Shown: positions 15,244-24,843, numbered from the stretch's first letter. The stretch is 35,744 nucleotides of DNA from a virus (IMGVR_UViG_3300049169_000004:1-35744); one strand, 5' to 3'. The notes: generated from the sequence alone by a model not told the origin. Made by a program: numbers and translations.

Positions 15244-17726
15244 TGTGCCTCCATGCGTGCGGCGAGCCGGTCGGGGTTGAGGGTGGCGTAAATGCGGTCG
15301 CGGCCGAGTGTTGCGCGCATCCGAGCTGGGTCGAGCTTGGCGGTGATGGACAGGTCGCGCGCTACTGGGTCGCCGCCTGTGCCGCGTCCGGTGGTGTGGA
15401 TGGTGACGATGGATGCTGCGCCGGCCGTTGCGCGTTCGGTGGCTGCGCTGCCGGTGTGGGCGGTGATCTGGACGGTTGCCGATGCCCCGCCGCTCTCGGC
15501 CTGCGGTTCGGCGACTCCACCCGTGGCGACGATGACGACGGTTGCACCATTGCCGCCCATGGCGTTCTCGCGGGCCACTCCTGCGCCGGTTGCAATGATG
15601 GTGACGGACGTGCTTGCGCCTCGGCTGCTTTCGGTCGCGGCCTCACCGCCGCCCGTCGTGGTGACGGTGACCGATGTGGCTGCGCTCGAGGTGGCGGCTT
15701 CGGTTCCAGTGCCCGCGCCGGTTGTGCTGACGCCGATCGTCGCAGCCGCGCCCGTTGCGACAGTCTCGGCCGCTTGCCCTGCGCCGGTCGTGGTGACCGT
15801 GACGGTTGCCGCTGCGCCCCGGGAGACTTCCTCAGATGGGGAGCCAGTGCCCGCCGTGACCGTGGTGACCGAGGCGCCTGCGCCACTCGACGCCTGTTCC
15901 CCGGCGACGCCAGTTCCAGAGGTGGCGACGCTGACCGAAGCCGCCGCGCCACCCGACTCGTCCTGCGATGGCGCTACTAGGGTGATTGCGTCGTAGGTGA
16001 CCGAGTACGGGCTAGCGGTGCCGTCCGTGTAGATGAACTCGATACGGCCGTTGGAGTAGCCGCGCTTGGTGGAGACGTGGGGCAGGCTTGAGGTCTGCGC
16101 GTCCACCACGACAGGGCTTTCCAGGGTCGCGGTGGCCCGTTCCCATTTACGACTAGTCAAATACCAGTCAGAGGCATATTCGGCCGCAACAAAGTAAACG
16201 TTGCCGTCTGCGTCATATGACGCGGAACCGGAATAGAGCCGTTCCGTCGTGCCGCCACTAACCATGTTGACCAGTAGAGGGGTTGTTGTTGTGGTGTCCG
16301 CGCCATCTCGTTCATAGATAACGATATCGCCCGCGGAATAACCCGCCTCAAACACATAGGCGGGGATGATGACTCGCGCGCCGTCGAATAGACAGTTGAG
16401 CCAACGGTAGCCCGGGCCCCCACTATCCACATACCGCGTGGAGTCGATTTCTCGTTCCGTGCCCCACGTCCACGACCCACCCGAATAATTAGCCTTCTTA
16501 AACCGAATACCCTTACCAGCCCCGGTTGCGCCAGCCGACCACGCCGCATACAGGTGCGGAGTGCCGCCCGCGACGGTCTTGCCGTCTCCGGTGTGGTTGA
16601 AGTCGATGGAGGGCCAGGTGTGGACACCCGTCCCGTGTGAGGTGCCGTTCAGGGTCTCGCCGAAAGTGCCGTTCTCTTTTGTGAGCGACCCTCCCGAGTC
16701 AACCCCGATCCGCTCGTAGGCGGCGAATGTCGTGGAACCGCTCACGTAAGAGCGAACGATATGGACTTTCCAGCCCGTCCCTTCACGGTGAGCCACGATG
16801 TCCGGATGGTTGCTGGGGGTCTCGGTGTTGACGGCGAACGCCGCGCTCCACGTCCACGCCGTCCTAGCAGCGTTCGGGGTGCCACGCCGGTAGTAGATGT
16901 AACCGTTGTGGCGGTCCTTATATACGACGTGGGCATAGTCGTCCAGGTCGATGAACAGTGACCCGTTCGGCGTGTAGCTGGTGCCCGTGCCCGCGAAGCC
17001 GAACTCTCCACCCTTGGCCCATGTCGCGCCGTCGTCGGTGGAGTAGTAGAAATCCATCGACGTGCCGGTGGTGGACGTGCCATCCCAGAACATCGACCAC
17101 AGCACGCCGTTCTGGCAGCGGTCAACCTTGCGCTGGTTCGAGTACGCGGTCGCTGTACCCGCGGTCGAGCTGGTGACCACGGTCGGGTCGAGCACCGCCG
17201 TCGTCCATTCGGTCGCCGTCAGTGTCGGCAGGGTCAGCGACATCTGCGGCTCGGCCACGGTCCAGCTCAGCCACACGCGCGTCCGGTCCTCGGAACCGTC
17301 CGGCGTGTAGTCGAGCCACGGCCGGGGGAGTGCGCCGACCTTGACACCGCTCGCGAGGACGGTCAGCCCGCCCTCACCGTCGGAGACGAGATCGCAGCCG
17401 AGGCGCGCGATGTTCGTCGAGATGGTCTGCACCTTCGGCGGGCCAGCAGGGAAGCGCACCTCGAACTTGACGTGCTCGGCGTAGGTGACCCACTGGGCAT
17501 CACCGAAGTCGGGGATGGTGAACGCCGCGACACTGCCGGACTTGTTCACCCCCGACGTCGGGATCTTGAACTCGAGCGACGCGCCGCCCTCGAAGGATGC
17601 CGCGAGGATGGCGTTGCGACCCTTGTAGGAGATGGCCCAGCGGGTACCCGCCTCGTCGACCCCAATAGACGTATCCGTGCCCGCAAAATGCGGGTGGATG
17701 CCTTGGGCCTGCGCGATAACCGTCAT
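15240..17726 (-). CDS. Putative receptor-binding/fibre protein with a BNR/Asp-box propeller and nine 22-aa C-terminal repeats
   Basis: YSTDDGATW Asp-box, W-rich blades, and Ala/Thr/Gly repeats at 15363-15956. Confidence 0.7.
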   Translation of the reverse strand: MTVIAQAQGIHPHFAGTDTSIGVDEAGTRWAISYKGRNAILAASFEGGASLEFKIPTSGVNKSGSVAAFTIPDFGDAQWVTYAEHVKFEVRFPAGPPKVQTISTNIARLGCDLVSDGEGGLTVLASGVKVGALPRPWLDYTPDGSEDRTRVWLSWTVAEPQMSLTLPTLTATEWTTAVLDPTVVTSSTAGTATAYSNQRKVDRCQNGVLWSMFWDGTSTTGTSMDFYYSTDDGATWAKGGEFGFAGTGTSYTPNGSLFIDLDDYAHVVYKDRHNGYIYYRRGTPNAARTAWTWSAAFAVNTETPSNHPDIVAHREGTGWKVHIVRSYVSGSTTFAAYERIGVDSGGSLTKENGTFGETLNGTSHGTGVHTWPSIDFNHTGDGKTVAGGTPHLYAAWSAGATGAGKGIRFKKANYSGGSWTWGTEREIDSTRYVDSGGPGYRWLNCLFDGARVIIPAYVFEAGYSAGDIVIYERDGADTTTTTPLLVNMVSGGTTERLYSGSASYDADGNVYFVAAEYASDWYLTSRKWERATATLESPVVVDAQTSSLPHVSTKRGYSNGRIEFIYTDGTASPYSVTYDAITLVAPSQDESGGAAASVSVATSGTGVAGEQASSGAGASVTTVTAGTGSPSEEVSRGAAATVTVTTTGAGQAAETVATGAAATIGVSTTGAGTGTEAATSSAATSVTVTTTGGGEAATESSRGASTSVTIIATGAGVARENAMGGNGATVVIVATGGVAEPQAESGGASATVQITAHTGSAATERATAGAASIVTIHTTGRGTGGDPVARDLSITAKLDPARMRATLGRDRIYATLNPDRLAARMEAQ

Positions 17727-17728
17727 GC

Positions 17729-18058
17729 TCAGGCGGCGTTGTGGTCGATGCTGGTCGAGGCCGCGAGCAGGGTAAAGGTGCCGTCGTTGGAGAACGACAC
17801 GGCGGTGAAGTCAGCGCCACCGTACTCAGTGCCCGCACTCACGGCAGAGTAGCCGCGCCAACCCGCGACAGTCGTGCCCGCAGTGACAGCGAAAACGATG
17901 TCAGTAGACGGGCGCGAGAGGCCATCTTCGGGGTCGGTCCACGTCACGGCCTCGCGGGTGGCTACAGCTGCGCCCAGGTCGTCAACGAGGCCGATGTGGG
18001 TGATGAGCGACTGGCCGTGGTCACGGATCGCGTTGAGGTATGAGGCGTTCATGGGCAT
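17729..18058 (-). CDS. Small fibre-subunit-like virion protein
   Basis: Beta-strand pattern resembling 24015..24428 and 24430..24843. Confidence 0.6.
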   Translation of the reverse strand: MPMNASYLNAIRDHGQSLITHIGLVDDLGAAVATREAVTWTDPEDGLSRPSTDIVFAVTAGTTVAGWRGYSAVSAGTEYGGADFTAVSFSNDGTFTLLAASTSIDHNAA

Positions 18059-18100
18059 CGGGGTTCTTCTTCCTATTGAGGTTTACAGAGAGGGAGAGGG

Positions 18101-18427
18101 TTAGCGGGGCAGGACGCCGATGAGCCAGAGCGCCGCGAGAACGAGTACGACGATCGCGAGAACGGATACGACATCAACCTGTCCACGCTCCACGCGCGGC
18201 GGGGGTGAACCAAGTGCGGAGGCACCCGTCGACGAGTCGCCCACCTTGTACGCGGCGACACCCTTCAATGCGGCAACCAATGCAGTCATGCCGGCCAGCG
18301 ACAGGGCGGTCACCCAATCGGCATCGAGGACACCCACGCCTGTGGCGACGAGTAGAACAGCGAGGGCCTCGCAGAAGGTGGCGATGGTGCGTTCCGCAAG
18401 ATCGCGACCGAATGCAGACGTGAACAT
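18101..18427 (-). CDS. Holin (r1t-like)
   Basis: F.RDLAERTIATF motif and three hydrophobic segments; directly after the endolysin; RBS AAAGGA. Confidence 0.85.
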   Translation of the reverse strand: MFTSAFGRDLAERTIATFCEALAVLLVATGVGVLDADWVTALSLAGMTALVAALKGVAAYKVGDSSTGASALGSPPPRVERGQVDVVSVLAIVVLVLAALWLIGVLPR

Positions 18428-18438
18428 GTGGTGTCCTT

Positions 18439-19077
18439 TCACTGGGGTCCGCGCTTGAGGGCGCGGAGAATCTTGTTCAACCACTGACGACGGGCAGGGT
18501 TCTTCGCCTTGTTCCGCTGGACGCGGAGTTGACGTTGGATTCCCGGCAGGAAGCGGGTTGGCTTGACGGGTGCGGCGGGTTGGGGCTCGAACTGGCCGGC
18601 GCGGATCAACGCCTGCACATGCTTCCCAGGGCACGCCGTGGACTTGAGATCACCGTGGCCGACGATCTTGTTCGCGCCCGGGTAGATGTCACGGAAGTCG
18701 GCGATGACTTCCTGTATGGCTTCAACGAGGAGCGCGGACGGCTGTTCATCGTTCGCGACAATCAGGAGGATCGCGCCGAACCTGTCATTGACGTCGGTGT
18801 GGCCGTTGGCGCCGGACTTCGTCCCCATGCCGCGGAGGTAGTACTTGCGACCCTCCTGGTCGACAGCGATCTGGTAGGCGATGTCTGACCACTTGTGGGT
18901 GTCCATGTGGTAGTCCTGCCACGACCTGAGTGCGGCAGCGACGACGTTGAAGCCACGCAGGGGTCCGGTCATGGCGGGGTAGTGGAGTGCAACGCCTTCG
19001 ACTTGGTGCCGAGACATGGGGCCGGGGCCGGGTCGCGCTGCTCGGGCGCCCCACTCTTTGCGGCTGATGTACGTCAC
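18439..19077 (-). CDS. Endolysin, N-acetylmuramoyl-L-alanine amidase (PGRP-like)
   Basis: ISRKEWGA, LHY, WSDIAY, GHGD and TACPG motifs; GTG at 19077 after AGGAG. Confidence 0.9.
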   Translation of the reverse strand: MTYISRKEWGARAARPGPGPMSRHQVEGVALHYPAMTGPLRGFNVVAAALRSWQDYHMDTHKWSDIAYQIAVDQEGRKYYLRGMGTKSGANGHTDVNDRFGAILLIVANDEQPSALLVEAIQEVIADFRDIYPGANKIVGHGDLKSTACPGKHVQALIRAGQFEPQPAAPVKPTRFLPGIQRQLRVQRNKAKNPARRQWLNKILRALKRGPQ

Positions 19078-19087
19078 GGTGGTGCTC

Positions 19088-19654
19088 CTAGTTCTTGTGG
19101 ATGCCCTGGGCCTTGCCGGATGGGGTCTTGCCGGACTTCCTAGCCGTAGGTGCAGCGGCAGTCCGCCGCGGTGGGGGAGTCGCCTTAGAAGGGCGCGTGG
19201 TGGGGCGGGATGCCTGCGCGCCTGCGACCTCGGTGAACACGGGTCGCACATACGACACGGTGCGGCTAGTGCGGAAGTCGACCCCCTTCGCCTGCAGTAG
19301 TTCGAGCATCCGTTCCTGCTGCCGGATCAACTTGGCGCGTTCGCGCGCCGCCGACCTGCGCTCGTTCGCGGCAACCTTCCGGTCCGTCCGCGCTCGGTCC
19401 TGCAGTACCGCGATCCGGTTGGTCAGTTCCGCGACCTGACCCTCTAGCGTCTCGATCTGCTGCGACCTGTCCGCAAGCTGAGAGATCAGCGCATCCTTCT
19501 GCGCCACCTCTTGCTCGCGGATCTCGTAGTTGCGGAAGCCCGCCCACACGACGAACGCGACGAGGATAAGTGCGGTCAGTGCGGCGAGGAATCGCCAGTC
19601 GAGGAACCGGCGCCGCTCCTGCTCCTCGATAATCGGGTACACAGGACTACTCAC
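19088..19654 (-). CDS. Membrane protein with one TM, a coiled coil and a basic tail
   Basis: FLAALTALILVAFVVWAGF followed by heptad repeats. Confidence 0.7.
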   Translation of the reverse strand: MSSPVYPIIEEQERRRFLDWRFLAALTALILVAFVVWAGFRNYEIREQEVAQKDALISQLADRSQQIETLEGQVAELTNRIAVLQDRARTDRKVAANERRSAARERAKLIRQQERMLELLQAKGVDFRTSRTVSYVRPVFTEVAGAQASRPTTRPSKATPPPRRTAAAPTARKSGKTPSGKAQGIHKN

Positions 19655-19977
19655 GGAACTGCCCCTCCGTTGCTGTAAAGCACGAGCCCGAGAAGGGCGA
19701 GGATGACGGCGCCGATGATGAGCTTTCCGGCCCAGTCGATCGCCGACGAGACGCGGTTGACCTTCTCGGTCAGCGTCGCGGACGCCTCTGCGTCGGCCTG
19801 GCGCACAGTGAGGAACACTTCTTTGGTCACGTAGGTCTTGGCGACCCGCTCCTCGAGGTGGTCGATGGCCTCGTTGAGCCGCAGGTCAAGACGGCCCATT
19901 GTCTCGTCGAGCTTGTCGACCGAGAGGATTAGCCGCTCGATCTCTCGATGCGTGAACTCGCCATCTGGCATCGGCAC
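19651..19977 (-). CDS. Membrane protein with a coiled coil and C-terminal TM
   Basis: LIIGAVILALLGLVLY; first gene of the lysis cassette. Confidence 0.7.
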   Translation of the reverse strand: MPMPDGEFTHREIERLILSVDKLDETMGRLDLRLNEAIDHLEERVAKTYVTKEVFLTVRQADAEASATLTEKVNRVSSAIDWAGKLIIGAVILALLGLVLYSNGGAVP

Positions 19978-20112
19978 TCCCTCGGCCTTATGCGGCCCCC
20001 GGTGCGGTTGGGGCTGGCCGCGGTGTATGTTGCTTCGATCACCCGCGCCCGGTCGAGTCGGTGCGCGGCGTGCTAGGGGACGTCGGCGGTGCGCTGGCGT
20101 CCCCGCTCTCCT

Positions 20113-20799
20113 TTATCTGATCCCGGTCGCCCGGTTGCTTGACTGCAGCGTCTTGGTGCCGAGGATGCGGCGGCCCCCGGTGATGCCGAGGCCGTCATTG
20201 CCGCGCTGCAGGATGCGGTTGTGGGGAAGTCGTCGCGGTGACGTTCCGAACGACAGCCAGAACTTGTGCAGCCGAAGGACCGTTTCGGCTGAGTTCTTTT
20301 CGCCCTCGAGGTCGCCCACCCGCCAGGCGGCAAAGTCGAGGAATAAGCCAGCCGCCAGTCCGTCAAGGAGATGCTGGCGGGTGATCCCCCAGTCCGCGAG
20401 GAGGTCGTCACTGACCTCAAACGACCTGTCCTGCGGTGCCCCGCTATTGGCAGGACGGTCGGCCTCGGGGAATGGGTGGAGCGCCAGTGCAACAGAGTGG
20501 TCAGCGTTGTGTAGATAGAAGAAGTGGTCGCCGATCTTTGCCCAGTCGTCGGTGGTGGTGGCCGTCATGCGGTAATTGACGATGATCGGGGCCGTGGCGC
20601 TGATTGATGTCGTCAGTGTGTCCATGCCAATGTGCAGCGCGTCCTCGCGATCCCAGTTGTCACTCTTCGGGCTGGCGTCGCGCGACCTTACTTCGGCATA
20701 GGTGTCGTCGTCGTCGTCACGAAGCGGCTCATCCCCGACGACAACCGGCTCGTCCTTGATGACCTCGTAGGGCGCCCGTGGGTAGAGTTCGGCCGCCAC
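20113..20799 (-). CDS. Putative minor tail protein
   Basis: GTG at 20799 just after the stop of the hub gene; last gene of the tail cluster. Confidence 0.6.
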   Translation of the reverse strand: MAAELYPRAPYEVIKDEPVVVGDEPLRDDDDDTYAEVRSRDASPKSDNWDREDALHIGMDTLTTSISATAPIIVNYRMTATTTDDWAKIGDHFFYLHNADHSVALALHPFPEADRPANSGAPQDRSFEVSDDLLADWGITRQHLLDGLAAGLFLDFAAWRVGDLEGEKNSAETVLRLHKFWLSFGTSPRRLPHNRILQRGNDGLGITGGRRILGTKTLQSSNRATGIR

Positions 20800-20800
20800 G

Positions 20801-22843
20801 TCAGATGCCCTCGTTGAGCTGAATCCGCATCCGGCCCTTAATGGTGCAGTCAGCGACGGGCCATACGGCGAGATACAGAAAGTTGTTCTCGGTCCAGAAG
20901 TCCCACGAGCCATTGTCGCGGTGCTTGCCGTTGACCGGATGCACGGTGCGCTCGCCGTTGGCGTTGAGGTACGGCTTCGGCCACAGCCCACACGGCTGGT
21001 CGGGGGTGCCCCATGCTTCGACCATCAGCCGCTCATCCTCGACAAGCCATTCCGCGTTGTGGCTGAACACGTCGATCCGGTCATCCTCGTTGATCCAGAC
21101 GGACGGGTCGCCGAGGCGGTTGTTGAGGACGTTCGGGTTCACCTTGTCGGCGAACACTGCGCAGTGGAACAGGGTCTCTGTATCACTGGTGCGCAACCAG
21201 AGCCGCGACATGGTGCCCACCTCGGCGGCAACGACGGGTAACACGTTCCATGTTCCGCCTATCAGCGTCGTGGCGGGGACGATGCCGGCGCCCGACTCGC
21301 CCTCCCATCCGCTGATCGAGTCCATCGTCTGTGTTGAACGGCGCAGCATGACATTCTTGAAGTGCTTGCCGGGATCGGAGCGCGCGATGGTGTTGCGTTC
21401 CTTGCGCACGGCCAGGTCGAGGAAGTGCCGCCCCTGCGTGGATACCGCGAGCGTGACGGACTGCGCGGGCCAGTCGACCTGCACCGAGGAGATGTGCAGC
21501 AGTTGGTTGAGGCCACCCTTGAGGTGGTCAACCTTGATGTTCATGCCGCCACGGAGCTCGAAGCGTGACATCTCCGCGGGGTCGGACGTGAGCGTGATCG
21601 TTCCCGCCCAGCCGCCCGCCCGCTTGAGCAGCGCCTTCGCGTTGCCCTTCGCGCGTCGCTTGGTGGTCGACTCGCCGTAAGCGACGAACAGCTCATTCTT
21701 GATGATCTGCGGGTCGTGGTTCGGGTTGAGCTTGATCACTGTTCCGTCGCCGGCCCGCTTGAAGTACGGAATACGGTTGTCCTGCGCGAGCGGTGCGAAA
21801 TGCGACTGCGCAAACGACTGGTCGGGGAACTCTGCGGAGAACACGGCCTGCCAGGTGTCGGCGTCCACGATGCCCGTGACAGGCAGCCCCGCGTCGTTCT
21901 GCGTGTCCTCGACCGCAGCAGTTACGGCGGCGGTGAAGGTGTGCGTGGAGAGGTCGTCGGCCTCGAGGTCGCCATTGCCCCACAGCTCGCGGATGAGGAC
22001 CGTGACAGCGCCGCCCGTGCTGTCGTCGGTGTCGCCCTGCTGCAGCACGCCAGGGAACGGCGGCACGGTCTTGTCGCCGAGGTTGGGGTACTTCGCGTTA
22101 CGCCACCGCTCGCCAGTGGTCGACACACCCTCGCCATAGATGACGTTGGGGTTGTCCACGAGGTCGTTCGACAGTCGCACCTTGACGCCATGCGCACCCG
22201 CAGACACGGTGGCGTGCTTGGTGGTGAGGTCGCGCCAGTCGAGCGTGTAGGACTTGCGGCCCTCAGCTGGGTCGGGCAGGAGGGTGAGCGACTTGCCCTC
22301 TTTGGTGACGCCCATGCCGAGGGCGTAGTCGACAAAGCCGAGGTGTGTCATGGAGCGGTCGCCACGGATCGCGATGTCGATGCCCGACTTGATCGCCGTG
22401 ATGTCGAAGCGGCCACCATTGGCGCCCGTGTCGAGCTCGGTGGTGATGGCATCGCAGATGTCGCGCGTCTGCCTGCGCCCAATGGGTGGCTGATGAAGCG
22501 CAAGGGCAGCCTGCCCAATGAGGTGGCCAGCGCACGTCACGGTCACCGTGTCGGCGACCTCGATGCGGTCGACGAAGCCGAAGAACAGGTTGGTCACCAG
22601 CGAGCCCGCGTTGTGCAGGTCGATGCGCACCTTGGCCCCGTTGTGCAGCCACGCGAGGTCACCGCTGCCGATGGTGTCGAACTCGGTGATCTGCGGGAAC
22701 GACAAGGTGGCGTTGTTCGACCCATACGGGTCCGTGTCCTGCCATCCACCGATGACCGTAGGCACGTCGCGGAAGTAGGTGGCCTCCTGCCCGCCGACAA
22801 CAAGGCGAAGGTGCCCCCAGTCCTGCACAGTGTTAGTCACCAC
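20801..22843 (-). CDS. Minor tail (hub-like) protein with a peptidoglycan-binding domain
   Basis: 680 aa; LQQGDT...AV...TAAV...Q...GLPVTGIVDADTW (PG_binding_1-like). Confidence 0.75.
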   Translation of the reverse strand: MVTNTVQDWGHLRLVVGGQEATYFRDVPTVIGGWQDTDPYGSNNATLSFPQITEFDTIGSGDLAWLHNGAKVRIDLHNAGSLVTNLFFGFVDRIEVADTVTVTCAGHLIGQAALALHQPPIGRRQTRDICDAITTELDTGANGGRFDITAIKSGIDIAIRGDRSMTHLGFVDYALGMGVTKEGKSLTLLPDPAEGRKSYTLDWRDLTTKHATVSAGAHGVKVRLSNDLVDNPNVIYGEGVSTTGERWRNAKYPNLGDKTVPPFPGVLQQGDTDDSTGGAVTVLIRELWGNGDLEADDLSTHTFTAAVTAAVEDTQNDAGLPVTGIVDADTWQAVFSAEFPDQSFAQSHFAPLAQDNRIPYFKRAGDGTVIKLNPNHDPQIIKNELFVAYGESTTKRRAKGNAKALLKRAGGWAGTITLTSDPAEMSRFELRGGMNIKVDHLKGGLNQLLHISSVQVDWPAQSVTLAVSTQGRHFLDLAVRKERNTIARSDPGKHFKNVMLRRSTQTMDSISGWEGESGAGIVPATTLIGGTWNVLPVVAAEVGTMSRLWLRTSDTETLFHCAVFADKVNPNVLNNRLGDPSVWINEDDRIDVFSHNAEWLVEDERLMVEAWGTPDQPCGLWPKPYLNANGERTVHPVNGKHRDNGSWDFWTENNFLYLAVWPVADCTIKGRMRIQLNEGI

Positions 22844-23976
22844 GTCGGCCTCCCGTTCACTACTGTCGGAGCGGGCAAGGACTGGTGAACGCGCTTCACC
22901 TTCTCCCGCACGATCGTGGGCGGGGGCTCGGCAATGGGCGCCTCGTAGAACACGCGCGAGGTGCCGGTGTAGCTGTAGCCGTCGTTATTGAAGGTGTCGG
23001 ACGAGTCGGTGAAGCCGAGCGTGTACGTGCCCGACAGACTCGCGGTGAACGCCGGCAGGGTCGCCGCGAGTGACCCTAGGGGGATTGCCCCGACGGGTGC
23101 CACGTAAGACCCCGAGAGGGTCGCTGTGACCACAGGGAGTGACGCCGCAAAGTCACCGATGGGTGTCGTGACGACGGGCGCCACATAGGATCCCGACAGT
23201 GACGCGGTAACAGTGGGGAGCGTTGCGGAGAGGTCGCCAACGGGTCCGGCTCCGGGCGCGGTGTACGTACCCGCCAGCGTGGCCGTAACTGCGGGGAGGG
23301 CTGCTTCCAGCACACCGGATGGGTCGGTGGCGGCCGTGAACAGGTCGGTGGAGAATTCCACCCACGGCACTAGGGCGGTGGAGGTGCCCGACACGAGGTC
23401 ATGGTCACTCGTGGCGATCGCGTCACCGATCGTCAGCCGTGCATTTCGGATAGCATCGGAGTCGCAGCGGTAGCCGACCTCGAGGATTATCCGGTCGCCC
23501 TCCTGCACCGACACGCTCGACACTGGAACGCTGTCCCAGATTCGGGACGCCTCGATGGTGCTGGTCGTGAACTCTTCATTTTGCGCACCGACCGTCGCAG
23601 ACGGCGCGGTGTGGGTTGATCCGGCATAGAGAGTGCCTCGGACAGTCGAGCCGTCACCGGATACGACGGTCGCGATGATTTGCAGCCATGCGTCTACGCC
23701 CGTGGCGTTCTGTCGTGCAGCCACCACTGCGGAGAGGGTGCCCCCACCAACTGTTCCGGCCGCGCCGAACGTCTCGGCCGAAACGAACTGGGCCACGAGG
23801 ACATTGATCAGGTCCGCAGATTCGGTGGAGATGTTCGCCGTATCAACGACCGACGTGTTGGTCTTTGCCGTGCTGGCGGGAAGTCGAACCGCCTGTGAGG
23901 TGGCACCCCATGCTGCTGAGAATGCGGGACTGGCCGCAGCCGTTCCCGACGATGCTAGATAGAAGCGAGTTGCCAT
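22837..23976 (-). CDS. Minor tail/fibre protein with four 26-27 aa repeats
   Basis: PxGxLxAxLPxVTAxLxGxY occurs four times. Confidence 0.7.
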   Translation of the reverse strand: MATRFYLASSGTAAASPAFSAAWGATSQAVRLPASTAKTNTSVVDTANISTESADLINVLVAQFVSAETFGAAGTVGGGTLSAVVAARQNATGVDAWLQIIATVVSGDGSTVRGTLYAGSTHTAPSATVGAQNEEFTTSTIEASRIWDSVPVSSVSVQEGDRIILEVGYRCDSDAIRNARLTIGDAIATSDHDLVSGTSTALVPWVEFSTDLFTAATDPSGVLEAALPAVTATLAGTYTAPGAGPVGDLSATLPTVTASLSGSYVAPVVTTPIGDFAASLPVVTATLSGSYVAPVGAIPLGSLAATLPAFTASLSGTYTLGFTDSSDTFNNDGYSYTGTSRVFYEAPIAEPPPTIVREKVKRVHQSLPAPTVVNGRPTW

Positions 23977-24014
23977 CGTAGATCACCTCCCCTCAGAGAG
24001 TCGAGAGGAGCCGA

Positions 24015-24428
24015 TCAGGACGCGGGCGCCGTGACCGTACCCGTGGCGAGCTTGACGGTGCCGCCGTTCGTCCATATCACGGAGTCGAAGTTGAGCGTCG
24101 CGCCCGAGGTTGCGACGTCACCATCGAGGACCGTGGCGCCGTTCGAGTCGGCGATGCGGAAGTGGGATGCCGTGCCATCCGCAGCAACTGTCGCCTCGAG
24201 GTCGGGGTCGAAGTCGAACGTCGCAACACCCGCAGCCGCAGCGGCAAGCGCCGGGTCGGTGAGGGTGAAGGTCGCCAGCAGCGTGCCGGTGATCGCGTCG
24301 TCGCCCGTCGCGGGCTGCGTGCCCGAGTAGACGTTGAGGGTTCCGGCCGCCGCACCCGCGTCAGTCAGGGCCGTGATCTGGTTCGCCAGCGCGTTACGGG
24401 TCGGCGTGGAGAGTCGCACATTCGCCAT
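24015..24428 (-). CDS. Small fibre-subunit-like minor tail protein
   Basis: YSGTQPA...LLATFTL...GTASHFRI pattern common in actinophage tail clusters. Confidence 0.7.
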   Translation of the reverse strand: MANVRLSTPTRNALANQITALTDAGAAAGTLNVYSGTQPATGDDAITGTLLATFTLTDPALAAAAAGVATFDFDPDLEATVAADGTASHFRIADSNGATVLDGDVATSGATLNFDSVIWTNGGTVKLATGTVTAPAS

Positions 24429-24429
24429 G

Positions 24430-24843
24430 TCAGTACACCAGTCCTGTGTTGAAGGTTCGTCGGATACGGATAGCCGGACCAGCCCCGGCTGCGGTCACGG
24501 TGATGTCCTCGTCGAGCCGGCCGAAGTCGAACACGTCGGCGGTCAGTCCACCGGGCAGCCAGATCGCCCAATGCGTGCCCGTGTTCGAGCCCGCCGCGGT
24601 GGAGTCGGGGAACGTCTGGATCTTGGACAGCTTCACGCCGTTCGTGTTCGTGGCGAGCCAGAAGGTGCCGTCATTGGTGCCGGCGATGCGGGCATAGCCG
24701 GGGTAGCTGATCTCCGCGAACGTGTCGACGCGCGGGTCTGCGGTGATCAGACCGACCTCGAACGTGAGCGGCATCGTTGAGCCGTGGTTCGCGCCCCAGA
24801 GAGCGTCGAGTGCGGCCTGCTTTGCGGCGAGGGACAGCATCAC
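24430..24843 (-). CDS. Minor tail protein
   Basis: EISYPGYARI...THWAIW; synteny. Confidence 0.7.
   Translation of the reverse strand: MMLSLAAKQAALDALWGANHGSTMPLTFEVGLITADPRVDTFAEISYPGYARIAGTNDGTFWLATNTNGVKLSKIQTFPDSTAAGSNTGTHWAIWLPGGLTADVFDFGRLDEDITVTAAGAGPAIRIRRTFNTGLVY

Noticed and set aside
15363-15956. CRISPR-like or DNA tandem array
   Set aside because: Periodicity is at the protein level with degenerate DNA; no identical repeats with spacers, and no cas genes.
15240-17726. Diversity-generating retroelement acting on the fibre gene
   Set aside because: No reverse transcriptase and no template/variable repeat pair seen in the window.
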